This document shows positions 1 to 13,590 of a stretch of 64,000 bases of DNA, piece by piece. The notes under the pieces were generated by a model, which made no database searches, was not told the origin of the DNA, and saw nothing but the letters and a program-made list of their open reading frames with translations. Every line of letters starts with the position of its first letter. The stretch's first letter is position 1. Source of the stretch: Tubulanus polymorphus. Its lineage: Eukaryota > Animalia > Nemertea. The DNA is taken from NCBI RefSeq assembly GCF_964204645.1, contig NC_134025.1, forward strand, positions 15,438,001 through 15,502,000. Direction: 5' to 3'. The position numbers and the translations under genes were made by a program.

Positions 1-2491
1 AAAATCTGTTACTCTCCAGACACTGAAGTCCTTGGATCGTGCTGATGGCCGGTGTTTTGATAACCATAGTTTATACAATCCCCACAGAAAAATATAACAA
101 GGAATGTGACCCGGTATTTCCAAATCACTGTCTCAAATGGTAGCTGGTCATTTAACAATAAATGTACCCAACGTAACAATCATTCTATAGTTCTTTCTTA
201 CACCCAAAAAGATTAATTTGAATTAAAACTAATGAATAATCAATCTGAAAGCTTTTGGTAACACATTTTACGAGACACCCTATTCTGCACCCAGTTACTG
301 GTTGTTACCCCTTGAGGTACAAAGGAGGTAAAACACCTGAAGCTGATATCCCTCCATACAAAAAGGCCCGCACCAATACACGAGGTAATGAAATTTCCCC
401 TTGCCTTTTGATATGGAGGAGATCAACAAGACAGAATGGCTGTACTTCACTTCAGACATCAATCAGATAATACCATGTCCCTCGTAATCATCAGAGAGGA
501 TGCGACCAGATGCGGTGTGGATGTTTCCGGAAAGTAAAAATTAGGATATGTTAGGAAAATTTGCAAAAAGGCTAACATTTTAGGGAAGCACTAAAATAGG
601 AAGTTTAGGGCCGTTTGCGCATGCCTGGACGTCCTCGAAACATAAGAAAACTCGATTTCAGTCCATCCCATTGGTTATATGATCGCAGTATCAACAACAG
701 TTTAATTGATACTGAGAGCTGTAAGTGGTCAAACTCACCATGAGCATTGCTGACTCACTGAACCCCAACTGCTTAATACTATAGTAATAGGCAAGCGTGA
801 ATAAAGATAAAAACTTCTCGAAACTTACACTAAGAAAATGAAGAAATTAGCAGGGAAAATATAGCTTTGAAGTCTTGTTGCACTCAAGAGTGAATATTTT
901 CCGAGGATACCAAAGTCAATGTTTACAGTAGAAAGTTTCAGAACTAATTTTCAAGTTGAAACATTATATTTGGACGGTGTTCAAGCAAAATAGCAGCACA
1001 AGTACGTACAACTCATTAGATAATAATCAAATCCACAAATAGTCATTTGTCAACATATTTGCGCATGTCTAGCTTTGTTAGTGCACATAATAACAAATTA
1101 ATCCACGAAAACTTGAATTCCATGCTTAAATACATTTTAAGTAATCGGTGTTCTATGAGAATATACGAGAAAAAAACTAAATCTAGAGGAATTAAGAGAA
1201 GTGAATGACCAGGATGGGAAAACTTTAGTATTATTCACTCTTGAATGAAGTAGTTGCCTGACTTGCAGGGTTGAGCACATAGAAACCACAGGGTTCCAGA
1301 TCTACGATGATATGAACTGTTTGATGCACCGCGATTATGACCACTGGGATAGACTTTAGTAAACACACGGATCCTTGCTGTTGTGCAGGGTGTCAACTGT
1401 CAGCCATCCTGTGCAGTCGTCACCTAACTGGTGTTTAGGGCGTTGGCCTAACTGGTGTTTACTGCCAACCGTCAAGGCATCACTTACGCTTTCATATTTT
1501 AGCTTGTGCATTAATACATTTCTAAGTTTCCCGATATATTCCAAAAATATCTCTATGCTCTATGCATTTGACTATAATGCCATACATCGAACTTTGTCTA
1601 AGTTTTACAAATATAATTCTGACAGACAAGTGTATATTATAATGAATGTCATCCTATCGACATATTTCGTCATCATAGCATGTACCAGGTAATTTTAATG
1701 GTTCATAAAAGGAAATAAATTGAAATTGTAAGCGTTCATAATAGATAAATGATCTCTTAATTAAATATTACTAGAGTACGGATTAGTCGGATACGCTTAA
1801 ATCAGATGTACGCATATGTCGGTCAATTTCTGAAGTCCCGGTCTATTTGGAATAAGATAACACAATGCACAATTAAGTTTGATATCATAAGTCGGAATCG
1901 GACAAAATATCTCGGTTTCCTTCAGATGCAGATGAGTAGGCAGTAATACACGTGTGTTTGACATCTTAGCAGGCATATTCCCAAGCGACACCACTTTACA
2001 CTGAATCGTGTAAAATGGTGTTTTGAATAATAAATTATTACACTTTCATTACTTAGACTAATTGAACCTCAAACATCAAAGCAATTGATAAAAGGGTCTT
2101 GAAAATTGCTTCAAAACTTCAAACACGTCCATAAAACAGTAACAATATTAGTGAAGACAAATAGCCACCAGTGAGTTGCTTAGTCAATTCTTGAAATTCT
2201 GTAGACAATGTACTGAAGTGTTTAATATTTCCCAAACAAACTGCAGACATTCAACCCATCCTGGCCAGTAAATCCAGAAAAAAATACATTTTGACTCCCC
2301 ATATTTATACAAACTTATCAATTCAGAAATTGATTCCGTCTAGAGAGGATGAATGTGAATGCAATACCCATTCCAACGAATTTCCCAACGACTTGTAAAG
2401 GGTAAAGGAACTGCCAAAATTATATACATCTACGCTTTTTTCCATCAATAACATTATTAACTAACGCAAAGTATTTCCAGTCAACCATTTG

Positions 2492-2689
2492 TTAAACAGA
2501 TGCTTTCTGTGGCGGGGTTGAAAGTTCAGTTTCAATTGATTTCAACTCAAACGTTCCATGTCTATCACCATGTATGAATTCCTGATGTTCTGCTGGCGGT
2601 TGTTGTGTCATATATCGTCTCATCAACCAATCAGATCCCTGACTGTGAAAGTTCTTGCTCAAATCAAACAAATTCAGTACGCTTAGCTT
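2492..2689 (-). CDS. Probable terminal coding exon of the minus-strand host gene (KLSVLNLFDLSKNF...KASV*)
   Basis: Open frame ending in TAA, preceded by a pyrimidine-rich tract and cag acceptor (ttccttcatcctaatcag|AAG). It is not TE-like and shares orientation with the other candidate exons. Confidence 0.5.
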   Translation of the reverse strand, partial: KLSVLNLFDLSKNFHSQGSDWLMRRYMTQQPPAEHQEFIHGDRHGTFELKSIETELSTPPQKASV

Positions 2690-3025
2690 CTGATTAGGAT
2701 GAAGGAACAATGCAAGAAGTCAAAATGCGGTTTGGCCATGAGATAGTCATTCTGAATCTCCAATTCAAAGATTGAAGAATAACAATAACATTAATATGAT
2801 ATATGATTAGCCTCTATACAAATTCATTTATCAAATTTAAAAAAAAGCATAACAAAAGGAAACATGACATTCAGGAAAATAAATCAAAGCATTCCATGAA
2901 GCACTCACATTCTATTATTCATATGATGTTGCCTTTATAGAATTTCAGAAATAATTTGGTACTATTGTATTTCTAACTTCAGGTTCATAACTTTTTAATT
3001 ATAATCTATATCTCTTGTTTTCAGT

Positions 3026-3333
3026 AGGGGGTCGGTTTTATTGACTGGTATTAGTTTTAACCCAGAGCCAACTATGACAACCCCTAAAAAACCCTAAGTC
3101 TATAAAATCAGCCCCAGAGCCCGGTTTTATGCACTGGTATTACCGTTAACCCGGGGCTAACTCAATCCATTATCAATTGCGTTAGCCTCCTAGGTTAACA
3201 GTATAACCAGTCTATAAAATTTTGCTGAGGGCCCAGTTTCACAAAAAGGTTTAACTCTTGAATCGATTTAATATCTTCATTAATTCAGTTTATCTTAAAT
3301 CGATTTAGGCCTAAATCCATTTTGTGAAACTGT
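3026..3333. repeat. Small palindromic MITE-like elements
   Basis: The motif ggttttat.gactggtatta occurs repeated and inverted (accagtctataaaa). A TIR pair cagtttcacaaaa...ttttgtgaaactg spans ~3234-3332. Confidence 0.5.
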
Positions 3334-4074
3334 GTTATCTTTCATTTAATGTTTTTTTGAATAACTCAAAGTTGATATAACATGTCTCAGTACTATTGAC
3401 AAGATCTACGCACGCGTGATAATGGGTGCTACACGACAGTTAGTGAAAACTGAGGATTCATTGTGCATGACGCATTTAGTTATTTAAACGAGCACTACAT
3501 GACTGATTGTGACGTCATCACATCTCCCGACGTCATATTTTTTATGATACAAAATCTACGCCTATGCTTCATTTGCCTTGGTAAGATAAAACCATTGAGA
3601 ACCACACAAAGAAGTACCACGCAAGCTTGTGTTGGGCTAGATTTTCACGTAGACCGTTGGGAAAACACTTAGGATAGATAAACTCACGTCTGAGGATGGT
3701 GATCAAACTGTTCTATTAATTCAAACCCTAGCTCTTCTTTTGGTCAATCTAGTTTGGTCAATCTAGTACAACAGTTGAAACTGAAAATGAAACTGGACGT
3801 ATTTCAGTTTATTCGTTACTTGATGACGGTTGCCAGCAAACTTATGTTACAGATGATTTGGTTAAGGGTTTAGGTTTAGCGTGTAGGAGTCGCTCAATTT
3901 GTCGTGTTTTTTAGTAAAAACTACCCATTTCTATTTTTGCTGCCAGCAAGTGTCCGAAAAGCCATCTCTCTAGTTTGAGAGGTTCTTATTTGGGGAGGGA
4001 TTTTTGCGGGAGAGGTCTTATTTTGCTGCCAGGGCAGGGGGTAATTCCAGGGTGGGTTCTCTACGTGTAAATGT

Positions 4075-5600
4075 TCTGTGTGAATTCCATCGGGCAGCAC
4101 TACTCTCTTGTCAAAGCACTTATGTCTAATTTTCTACGTCGTCATGGTGTGACCTACCATTTTGAAATCCATATTTTAGTTATTTCTACACTCCCTCCCG
4201 GTGCGTCCTTACACCTCTCCCACGTCAGATGTCTGTGGTTTATACCTTTGCCCAATGCAGTTTCCTTCCATTTCCTTTTCTTTCTCGTCTAACCAGTTAC
4301 ACCTACTGCATAGTGCAATACACCTAGTGCCCTCATTTTCTACCTCGGATATCCCCGGGGTTGTTTGACCACGCGTCGTAATCTAGCCAGGCGATCTTAC
4401 ATGCCGGAAACTCTATTGTCATCTCCGAGCGACCACTTCTTCGAACTTTTCTCCCGACATGGCCAATCCACTGTCTGTATCCATTCTATATATTCGTAAT
4501 CCTACCTGTCTTTATACTGATCAATGAAATCAAAGTACGACTTTAGCATCCTCAACTTAGCTGATCTATGGTAATACCAGTTTGATACGGTCTTTTAATG
4601 GTGATACGTTTCCTCATGCGTATTTCATATGCCTGACCCACTTTGTCCAGATCCTCAAACCAAGCCCCTCTCAAGGCCTTATCAACCTATTTTTCCTAAG
4701 TTGTGTAATTGGGTTTCTGCTGCCCCTCTAAGGCTTCTATCAACTTACTGAAATATGGGCGAGCGTCTTGCTTGTGTTTAAGTCACCGCTCTGTCTAGCC
4801 TCAGTCACCTGCTCAGTAAACCACTGAAATGGCCTATGCGATTTGTATCGTATGAAGCGGTAGGCATTTGTTATCACCAGTCCGTGCTCAATGTACCGGT
4901 TTAGTAGCGGGGTGTACAACAACTTCAATGTCCATCTCGGCGAATCCAAAACAATCACCACTTTTCACGTGCTGCGTGACTTATCCCGCGGCCTGCTCCA
5001 GGTCTTTGTAATGCACTGCCCTTTCATTTCCACATGGTTGTTCCTAATCGATACACCTCAGGTAGAGGGCGTTCGCGTCATATCCTACAATTTTCTGACA
5101 TGGCTTCTTTGCATCTTTGTACGTGTGTTACCTTATCTAGACACCGTGATACTTGGTGAACACTATGCAAAGACCACATATTAGCATTGAGTAGGCCTCC
5201 AAGCCGGGCGCATACATTTCCTCCTTTTCATGACATGTGAATCGCACTTTTGTTGCTCGGCCTGACATTCCCATAGTTACCAGGTTATACCCCTAATCCC
5301 CTATCGCCTCCTCCTGTTGCACCGTCTTACAAGTCTTCGTTCGGATTGTGATCCGACCACGTGCAAAAGACTCCCGTTAAACTGATACAACAAGTTAGAA
5401 ACCGGGTTACCATCGACCTATGCTCCCCAACGACTCTCCTCCATGCCTGCATATGGTGTATGTGCGAATTCTTACAATTTGCGTCAGTTTCTATCCACGC
5501 TACCGCAGCCCTGCTATAGCTACCAACTTGTAAAATGCCGTTCATAGGTGTCATCATTCTCTACCTTCTCACCTGGATAAATTACCTTCTTCAATCCACC
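4075..5600 (-). pseudogene. Degraded protein-primed family B DNA polymerase (Polinton/Maverick/adintovirus type)
   Basis: Broken minus-strand frames give, in order: YSRAAVAWIE...HIHH; LLYTPLLNRYIEHGLVITNAYRFIRYKSHRPFQWFTEQVTEARQSGD; CIALCSRC; GFKMVGH; and C-terminal DKRVVLPDGIHTE. These match the order of Polinton pPolB motifs as I recall them. Many stops, frameshifts and deletions. Confidence 0.75.
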
Positions 5601-5999
5601 CGAACGCTTGTTTTTCACGTGCCTCTACAGATCGGAAGAATTTGAAAACCTGGCGTTGCAAGTTTGATCCCTTACAAAAAAGTTATACGTGTACTTACAC
5701 GGGTATTTATGGTTGATACACGTGCTTATACACGTGTATGTGTATTTCCTGAAATATACATGTATAAGTGGGCCAATTTCACACGTAACTTGGTGACTAT
5801 ACACGTGTTTATTTCTATAACACATCACTCAATATACAGCCTCCTTTTTTTCTCTCGAAACGACGAAATTACGAAATATGAAGCCAAATTACGAAACTTC
5901 GAAATTACAAAACTACGAGATGCGAAACGAAATCACGAAATGTTAATTTTTTGTGAGTTGTGCTTAAGTACGAAACGAAATAAAAAACGAAATGCTAAT

Positions 6000-6705
6000 A
6001 TTTCCAACACGACTATCAGATCTATCCGAAATCTTGGAGTTATTATTGACCCTCAGCTCAATATGGAGGCACATGTTAGTAGCGTTGTCTGTACTACGTC
6101 CTATTATCTTAGGTAGCATCCGGGACTACTTGTCTGATGCGGCTGCGAAACTGTTGATGCAGTCCCTAGTTTTGTCGAGGATTGACTACTGTAACGCATG
6201 CTTGGCAGGATCGTCTTTTTCTTCTCTTCACAGACTGCATTTAATACAGAACCGTGCCGCTCGTATTGTCACCAAAACAAAGAAATATGAGCATGTAACA
6301 CATGTGCTTAAGTCCCTTCACTGGTTGCCTGTGAAACAGCGCATAGGGTTCAAAGTTATTCTCCTTGTTTTTAAGTGCCCCCACTTGTTGGCTCCAGGCT
6401 ATTTGAGAGATCTACTCGTTCAGTACAATCCAGTTCGTGCACTAAGATCATCATCTCAATATTTAGTCTCCAGCCCATTACAACCTAAGTACTTTTGGTG
6501 GACGTTCATTTACTGTAGTTGCTGCTTCCATTTGGAATAACATTGATAACCACCTGCCTAATATTCACGATGTCAACCAGTTTAAACGTTCACTAAAACA
6601 TCTACTCTTTCAACGTGCCTATACTTAGTTACTATGAACCATTGCAGTGCGCCGGTGAACTTATCTTTTAAGAAACAGGCGCCTTATAAATGTTTATTAT
6701 TATAA
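6000..6705 (+). mobile_element. 3' fragment of an L2-clade LINE (RT C-terminus and tail)
   Basis: Motifs RNLGVIIDPQLNM, LVLSRIDYCNACLAG and LKSLHWLPVKQRI. Frameshifted, ending in a tattat-rich tail. Confidence 0.85.
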
Positions 6706-6782
6706 AACTTTATAAGACTTTTGTTATTAAATCAGTGAGTCGACGAGCACTGATATGTGTCCTACCTGTATAACATTGTTTC

Positions 6783-6845
6783 ACAAGGAATCGAAGCCAC
6801 AACCTCTAGGTTGTGAGTCAAACACCTTATCCACCAAGCCACAGG
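6783..6845 (-). mobile_element. tRNA-derived SINE head or tRNA-like remnant
   Basis: The minus strand has an A-box-like tggcttggtgg and a B-box-like gcttcgattcc at tRNA spacing. The cloverleaf is imperfect. Confidence 0.5.
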
Positions 6846-6989
6846 ACAATACAGCCTTACATTTTGAGACATCAGAATCTATAGTGTGTGATCGTTATTT
6901 AATTTCCTCCAACGTGGATCAAACAACATGATTCACTTCAAGGGAACCAGAAAGTCACCTGATCAGCGTAAATTCAAAGTGAGGGTTTC

Positions 6990-7325
6990 CAGGAAATTAT
7001 GAAGTCCAAGGCAAAAATGAAAACCTTGTTTCTCCGCAGCGGCCGGGTCATTTTGTAAATTCTCATAAAATCTTTTGATCTGGTCATTTCTATAGCTTCC
7101 GGGTCTGTTATTGTCTGCCTGATCGTGATTGTTAAGTACACTTCGTCATCTAACCCGTAATTTATTTATCTGTCCCTTTAAGTTGTATACGAGCCTGCGC
7201 AGATCATCTCCCCCGGCAGGGATTCGAACCTGATGATATCGCTTAACTCGGCCATGGCGTGGAACCCTGCCACACTCGATTGGGTGCGTATGTTGAAGCC
7301 AGCTCAATGAATCCGCTGCTGTTGG
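6990..7325 (-). mobile_element. Probable tRNA-derived SINE
   Basis: B box ggttcgaatcc followed by ctgccgggg on the minus strand at ~7211-7230. Boundaries are approximate. Confidence 0.35.
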
Positions 7326-9330
7326 CAAGTTTTGTAGTTTAGCATTTCGTTACGTATTTCGTTTTGTACTTTAACATTTTGTAATTTCGTTTCATATTTC
7401 GTAAATTCATTGCGTATTTCGTAATTTCATTTCATATTTCGTCGTTTCGTATTTTAGAAGTACCCTCCCTTACAGGATTGTTTTGACTTCAGTACCGTGA
7501 ACTAAACAGAAATATTGAATAAGTGATTGAAAGTTTTTTAATTACATTATTTCAATACGCAGTGCAGTGTATCAGATTCTTCACAATGAACAATTTATTC
7601 TTTAAAGTTCATTGATTATCAGTAAGATTTGAAGCCATGTTGTTGTTTCTCAGCATGTCCCTAGTTATCCTATCTATTTTTTTCTCATCCGTTATCCTCT
7701 AATCATATTCCTTCTAGAGCCTATTTCAAACCCATTCATGCACAGCTGCCTTCCGTATTAATCCTTTCTACGTACTTAATGTTTTAAAGTGACCCTTATG
7801 TCATATGAAGGAACTATTTGAATAGTTATGTGTGGATAACATTTACTGATTGAAGTCGCCATCCATCCTAGATTATGTGACAGCTATAGACAAAAGATAC
7901 GTGAGCCCCTGCGATTGGCTGATATTGTAGATTCACAAGTACTTTCAAGGTCACTTCAAAATACACATCCAAAGAACATGCCTATTTTCAAAATATATAA
8001 TATATAATACTAAATAGTGTATTTAGATGATTACATGTGTACCGTTTTCGTATTCATTGCCAGTTTCTTCCAAGCGTTTCTTCCAAGTTTGGCCAAGTGT
8101 GGCCTTCACAGTACCATATTGTCATCACATCCTTGCTGTGGTAACTCCCATGTCTGATCACCAAAAGAGGCCCGCCTCCTTTTTCCGGTGGTTCACAAAC
8201 CCTAACTGCCAACTTGAAATACGCTTCTAAATACCCAGTTTGTATAAAGGCATCTTCGGTACATCCGGTATTAGTTGGTCGGACTCTGTGGTCTATTGCC
8301 TGGCCCTGAGCGTACGCGAACCCTGGTATATTGCTTAACGCCTGAAGAAACAAGATGTCCTGATATGAATCTAATGCCTTCATGCCTTCATCCTTCCATC
8401 TTAACCAATCCGGAAGCGATCACCATTTTCACCATAGTCTGTGCGCTGGGTAGGCCCACCTGAAACCCCATCACCAGTTGACGAAACCACTTTTTTCGTT
8501 AGGTATACTTGTAATCTTTGATATTAGACATGTTAACATTCAATTCTCAGGGATGCACTTTCCATACCAGTGTGATATATGTATGGATATCACTGGAATT
8601 CCAAGCCTCGATTTTGTGAGTATGGGAAATTCAAATGACTGTAAATTGGTGACCGTTGATGGTATGACAATGTAATACCCACCAAAATTAAGGTATTGGA
8701 ATGCTTTTTCACTTGATATATGCCATATACAAACTATGTCTTTTTCTAGGTCACTAGATGTCAAAAAATTTGAACTGCTTGAAATTTAGGAAGGGTTCAT
8801 TGGTGATAGAAAATGGGCTAAGCGAGAGTTAACACTTGAAATTCATAACAGATTATAACCCCAGTATATGGGAGCATTGTATTGATGATGATCTACTGAC
8901 ATTGAAAATATCTGCTTCAACAAAGAGTAGCAAAATTGTATGGATGCAGTAGGGGATATTCAGTTGACTCTTATTCAGTGACCCTTGATGCTATGATGCC
9001 CTCAAAATAAAGGTATTTTAAGGTTCTTTTAGATGATATGCAAATTAGGCTCTGCATGTAGGTTACAAGAGGTGAAAAGTTCACAATCATTTCTTGCTTA
9101 AAATTCTATATTGGACCATGTAAAAGTGTATTTACTGTATCAGAATGATCTAAATTTGCCTTAATTGAACCCGACGCACATCTAATAAAATATTCACATT
9201 CATTCCAGTCTGTAGTATTCAAGGATATTGACATTTGAATGTATCAGTGGGAAGTGAAAATTTAAAACATAGACCCTTATTAGGCAATTTGTCCAAATTA
9301 TGAAACTTTATTTCGTTTTTTATGTCCCAG

Positions 9331-12300
9331 TTATAAAATCAGGTACAGATTTATAATTTCAGGAACTTTATCATCATAGCATATTTCGTATTCATTGTCA
9401 CAGTCACTCTCACTTCCATCCTCCGCACTAAACTGTTGGTCATCACTTCCACTGTCTGTGTCATTCTCCTCATCGATATTCAGCAGGATCTCAACTAGTT
9501 GTGGAGGTAGACTTTCCCATTCATGCCATTTTGGTTCAATTCTCCCGTTGACCATTACCAACCATCGTCATCCGATGGAGGAGGAATCTTTGGATTCTGC
9601 AAGTGATCTCGTATCCAAATTGCTACTTGATAATTCACGCGTTTTATATGTTCACGCAGGCATAGTTTTGGAGGAGGCAAGCTAGATCAGCCAAATTTTT
9701 TATTCGCATCTAATCTTTCGTCAGCCACACAGCAAATAGCGAAGTTCATCCACTTTCGATGCCTTGACTGAATTCTTCTTCCTGTACATCAGGCATGTTC
9801 ACTGCTCAAGCTGCAAGAAGAGATCTGCTGTTACTACCCGTGATTGACCAAGGTCCTGAAAAACGGCATGGTAGTGAGTGCTTTTTTAAAGGAGTTGGAT
9901 CGGCTTCACCTTTCCAATATCTTCGAATGTGCTGGTGGTGTCACAACTTGTGAATGCATGCATAGCTAGAAGGGCAACGCAGGGGTGAAATCATGAGCTA
10001 GCAAACACAATTCTTATTTCTAGTTCTGCAGCATAATATAAAAGAATGAAGAAATTTTCGCTGTCCGGATAATCGTAGCCCTTATTTGCTGCGTAGTTAC
10101 AATAGAGGACTACTCGTGTAGCGTCCTCTTGACTGGACTAAAGTTTGGGTACTTCAGTCAGCTTGTATGCTTTTTCATCGCAGTTAGCAATAAAAGTTTT
10201 TCGTTCAAGCTTTGGATTAAATTCATCGTTACTCCATGCTCTGATCAAGGTTTATCAGGTGTTGCTGATTAATGCCATTGCTTAGGCCTATTTTCATTTT
10301 CTGGACGTTTGTTACTTTCTCCTTGGATGATGCGCTCCTGGCATCTGCCTCTAGAGGATCTTTCAAGGGACTATATCGAGTTCTCGTGGTACATGTCTGT
10401 ACTGAACAATAAACTAGAATTACACGCAGTACCCACATCGAAAATCTTCTCACTAATCTGCCTGAATGTTGCAGGAAACTCCTTCGTCGTCGAGTAGAAG
10501 GAGGCATTGCCATCAGCGATATTTAGGTGGTACGTCTGCACCCTCAATGCCTTTTATCAAGAATTCAAACCCATTTCCTTTGTTCGATTTTCTTTGGCTG
10601 ATTCTGGGACCTCACAAGTAACTGGAAGGCAACGTTAGACAGCTGCCTGTAAATCACCTCTATGTTGCTCGTTGTTTTTACAAAAACTGCTTTTCCCATA
10701 TCAGCAAATGTTTTTAACCGTTGCCTGCGAATTGGCTCAAAGAAGTTCTATTTTTTTCAGACGTTCCTCTATGAACTTCGGCCTTTTTGCCGACTGTTTC
10801 GGCATTCATGACTGCTGACTCCACCTCATGGGTTGCTTGCTAACCAGATGCAATGTAGTTTCTCATCACCATCAATTCTGAAAGGATTCATAAAACTCTC
10901 AAACGCATCTAGGATTTTGGCTGTCTCTTTTTCACTTCGCTTGATCATTGATGGGCGCACATCCCTATGTGTGTTGCCCATGCCTTCATCAGTCATATCG
11001 GCCATCTGGAGCATGACATCTACAAACTTCGACAGTGCGAGCCCAACATCGATATGCTCAAAAGTTCTGGAGTACACCAGAACCACCAGCGCCATTTGAT
11101 CCTGGTCCAGCGAGAGATTTGGCATGACGCATAAATGTTTCTTTTATGGTTTTGTCAACTGGGCACCGACTACCTGGGACAAAATACCGTGCTGCTGAAA
11201 TGGCACCTGTCTCAAGCAAGTCCGTGGCACCAGGATGGGTTTTCTCAATGTTTGTTAGGAAAACAGAGAAGAAAGTCAGGAACCTGGTGTAATTCTGTTT
11301 ATCGAAACTGAAAAAAAGATCTGCCATTTGGAAGATAGTCCAGTCATAATAGAGTTGAGGATAGACAAAATTGCTCAAACTCCAATTCTATGATTAATTG
11401 ATAGAACATACCTATCCCAGTTCATATACGATATCTATATGGTTTGCATTCGTTTGGAACAATGTAAAAAATCGGTTTCCATGGCAACAGCCTCCTGTTT
11501 TCACCATATCTTCGGTATATAGATCATAAGAGCCAAGATCCATACAAGAAGTAGTCATTGGTTTTGACTGCCAGGTTATGGACAACACCAACCACACATG
11601 CTCAGCGTACAAAAGCCTGAATTGTGCAGTCTTACTTAGTGAACCTTCACTGACCCTCGTCCGAAAGGCGGAGTACTTATCTAAATATTCTACATAAGTT
11701 TATTTATAGCTTTATTTAACAGATTATGAAGGGATTCCTTGTCCCTGTTTCTGAGAAAAACTTTCACTGTTCTCCTCAGTTCTGATTGTGAATCATCTGG
11801 TAGTAGCTCTGATCCAGTGACATCATGGTAATTCAACAGTAACATCCTTTCTATTGCTTCAGCCATTACTTTATGGCAGTTGATTGACCTGCAGTAGTTT
11901 TTTCCAGATACGTCTCCTTCGATGGAACCAACCAACATCAGACCAGACTCAATCAGAATATCTGTGAATCCAGACCCCTACATTTTCTTACCAATCATTC
12001 TCACTCTCAGCCTCAGCTGACCGAGGGACATTCTGTAGCATAATCTCATGAGCGGTATGCACTGAACCACTTCCAGATGGATCATTTATAAACTGATCGA
12101 AGTTGTCAAAGTCACGATGAAATAAGGAGAGAACGGACGGATTGCCTACTATCTGAGGTGTTAGAAGGCTTGAGGCATCATTCAAGGGCAGTAGCGAGCG
12201 CTGTTTCTAGCTCAAGTGAAAATTAATATCTTTCCCCATAGCCAAGCTTGTTCATGAGGGTACTTAATTAGGCACTCCTAAAAAGATGTCTTAAGGTCAT

Positions 12301-13440
12301 GCACACTGTGTTTTGGTAATTTCCACTGACCACTAGTTGCCGCCTGGCAAAGATCTTGTTTTATGAAGGACACAAGCCGATTTGTCCTTTCAGATGACTA
12401 AACCGAGTTGTGACCACAGATTACATTAAGTAAAAATCGTTGTAAATCCTGACGTACTGGATCATCAACCGTTTGCAAATATGAGGCTGTGGGTGGCGGA
12501 TCTCTTTTTTCAAATACATCTTAAATGACCCTGTGGAAAAATTTGGCGACATCATCGATCATATTGGAACAACCAAACATGTAGCCATTTTTCACAGCCT
12601 CAGCCAGGCTGGTTTCATTGCTGAATATGAGCTCTGATACCACGTCGATCAAGGTTTACAAACGAGAGTTTGTCGCTATAATCTTTGAGGCGCAAAAGTT
12701 TGGATTTCAGTTTCCCTGTTTGATAGTTGGGGTTTAGAAATGGTGAATCCACAAGAAACAAAACATACATATCATGTAGCTCTGTCAAAGTCATGACCTC
12801 CTTCCTTGCCAAGTACAATTTTCAAGTACCATCAATCATTTCACATAATTTTCTATAACACATGTCACGGAATTCCCCCTTTTCATTAGTAAATTCTCTC
12901 AGATCATAATTTTGACTGCACCACTTTCTGAATCATTGTATTCGTCACAACAACACTGATGGTATTTTTCCTCGGAGGTAAAAAGATTGCAGCTCCGAAT
13001 ACGTCTGAGTAGTCGCTCATCCTGATGTGTTTCGGCCAATTTCAATATGGTACCTCTCCTCCATATTCAAATGAAGAGAGACCCTCTCTATTCTTCCTTC
13101 TAAGTTTTTCCTGGCCCAAGCTACCACAAAATATGCAGTCTGGATCAAATATTAAACTTTCAGGCGACTTCTCTTTGGCCATGTTTGTGTAGCTGGTTTT
13201 AGACGATTCAAATTCATCTTAAACCTTTGGTAACAGTCACGATAGTAGCCATCTTTATCAATAAAGTTCTGCGGAATCTGTTCACAAATGAGTTGCATGC
13301 GGTGGGTGGATCCAAGCCGTTGTGCAAGACGCTGTTCACGTATAACCAGTATTTTGTGTAACCTATCCTCAGCTTTATCTAGTTCCAAGAAATACGTAAA
13401 CATACTCATTTTTGAGTCATTCATGTGCAAGATGCAGTTG
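9331..13440 (-). pseudogene. Academ transposase with C-terminal XPG/FEN1-like nuclease, fragmented
   Basis: Fragments include DFDNFD...GSGSVHTAH, GSIEGDVSGKNYCRSINCHK, FDKQNYTRF and PVDKTIKETFMRHAK. The nuclease part shows SQEDATRVVLYC (EEADT-like) and H3TH-like AFTSCDTTSTFEDIGKVKP, followed by IEPKW...LPPQL and an acidic tail. Confidence 0.8.
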
Positions 13441-13590
13441 CCATGCCGATTCTGTTATGAAACAGGGTCTCCCGGTGAACCAGGGTAACCGTTTTCCTTT
13501 TTGACATGTCTGACAGCGTATAACTGAAAATTGAAGGACGCCTAATGTGATGAGATTGGCTCCCATTATGAGGGGACTGTTGAGGGGACT

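Larger units (their letters stand above)
5856..7449. mobile_element. Foldback/MITE-like element with (ACGAAAT)-rich inverted arms, carrying nested insertions
   Basis: 5856-5998 (cgaaacgacgaaat...aacgaaatgctaa) is the reverse complement of 7339-7449 (ttagcatttcgtt...atttcgtcgtttcg). Confidence 0.7.

Noticed and set aside
1-2400. Short ORFs downstream of the terminal exon
   Set aside because: No recognisable motifs or splice structure. They are likely UTR, intergenic DNA or old repeats.
5664-6116. 150-aa ORF
   Set aside because: Read-through of low-complexity repeats into an L2 fragment.
6783-6845. Functional tRNA gene
   Set aside because: The stems are mismatched and there is no clear terminator. 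The SINE-like context is a better explanation.
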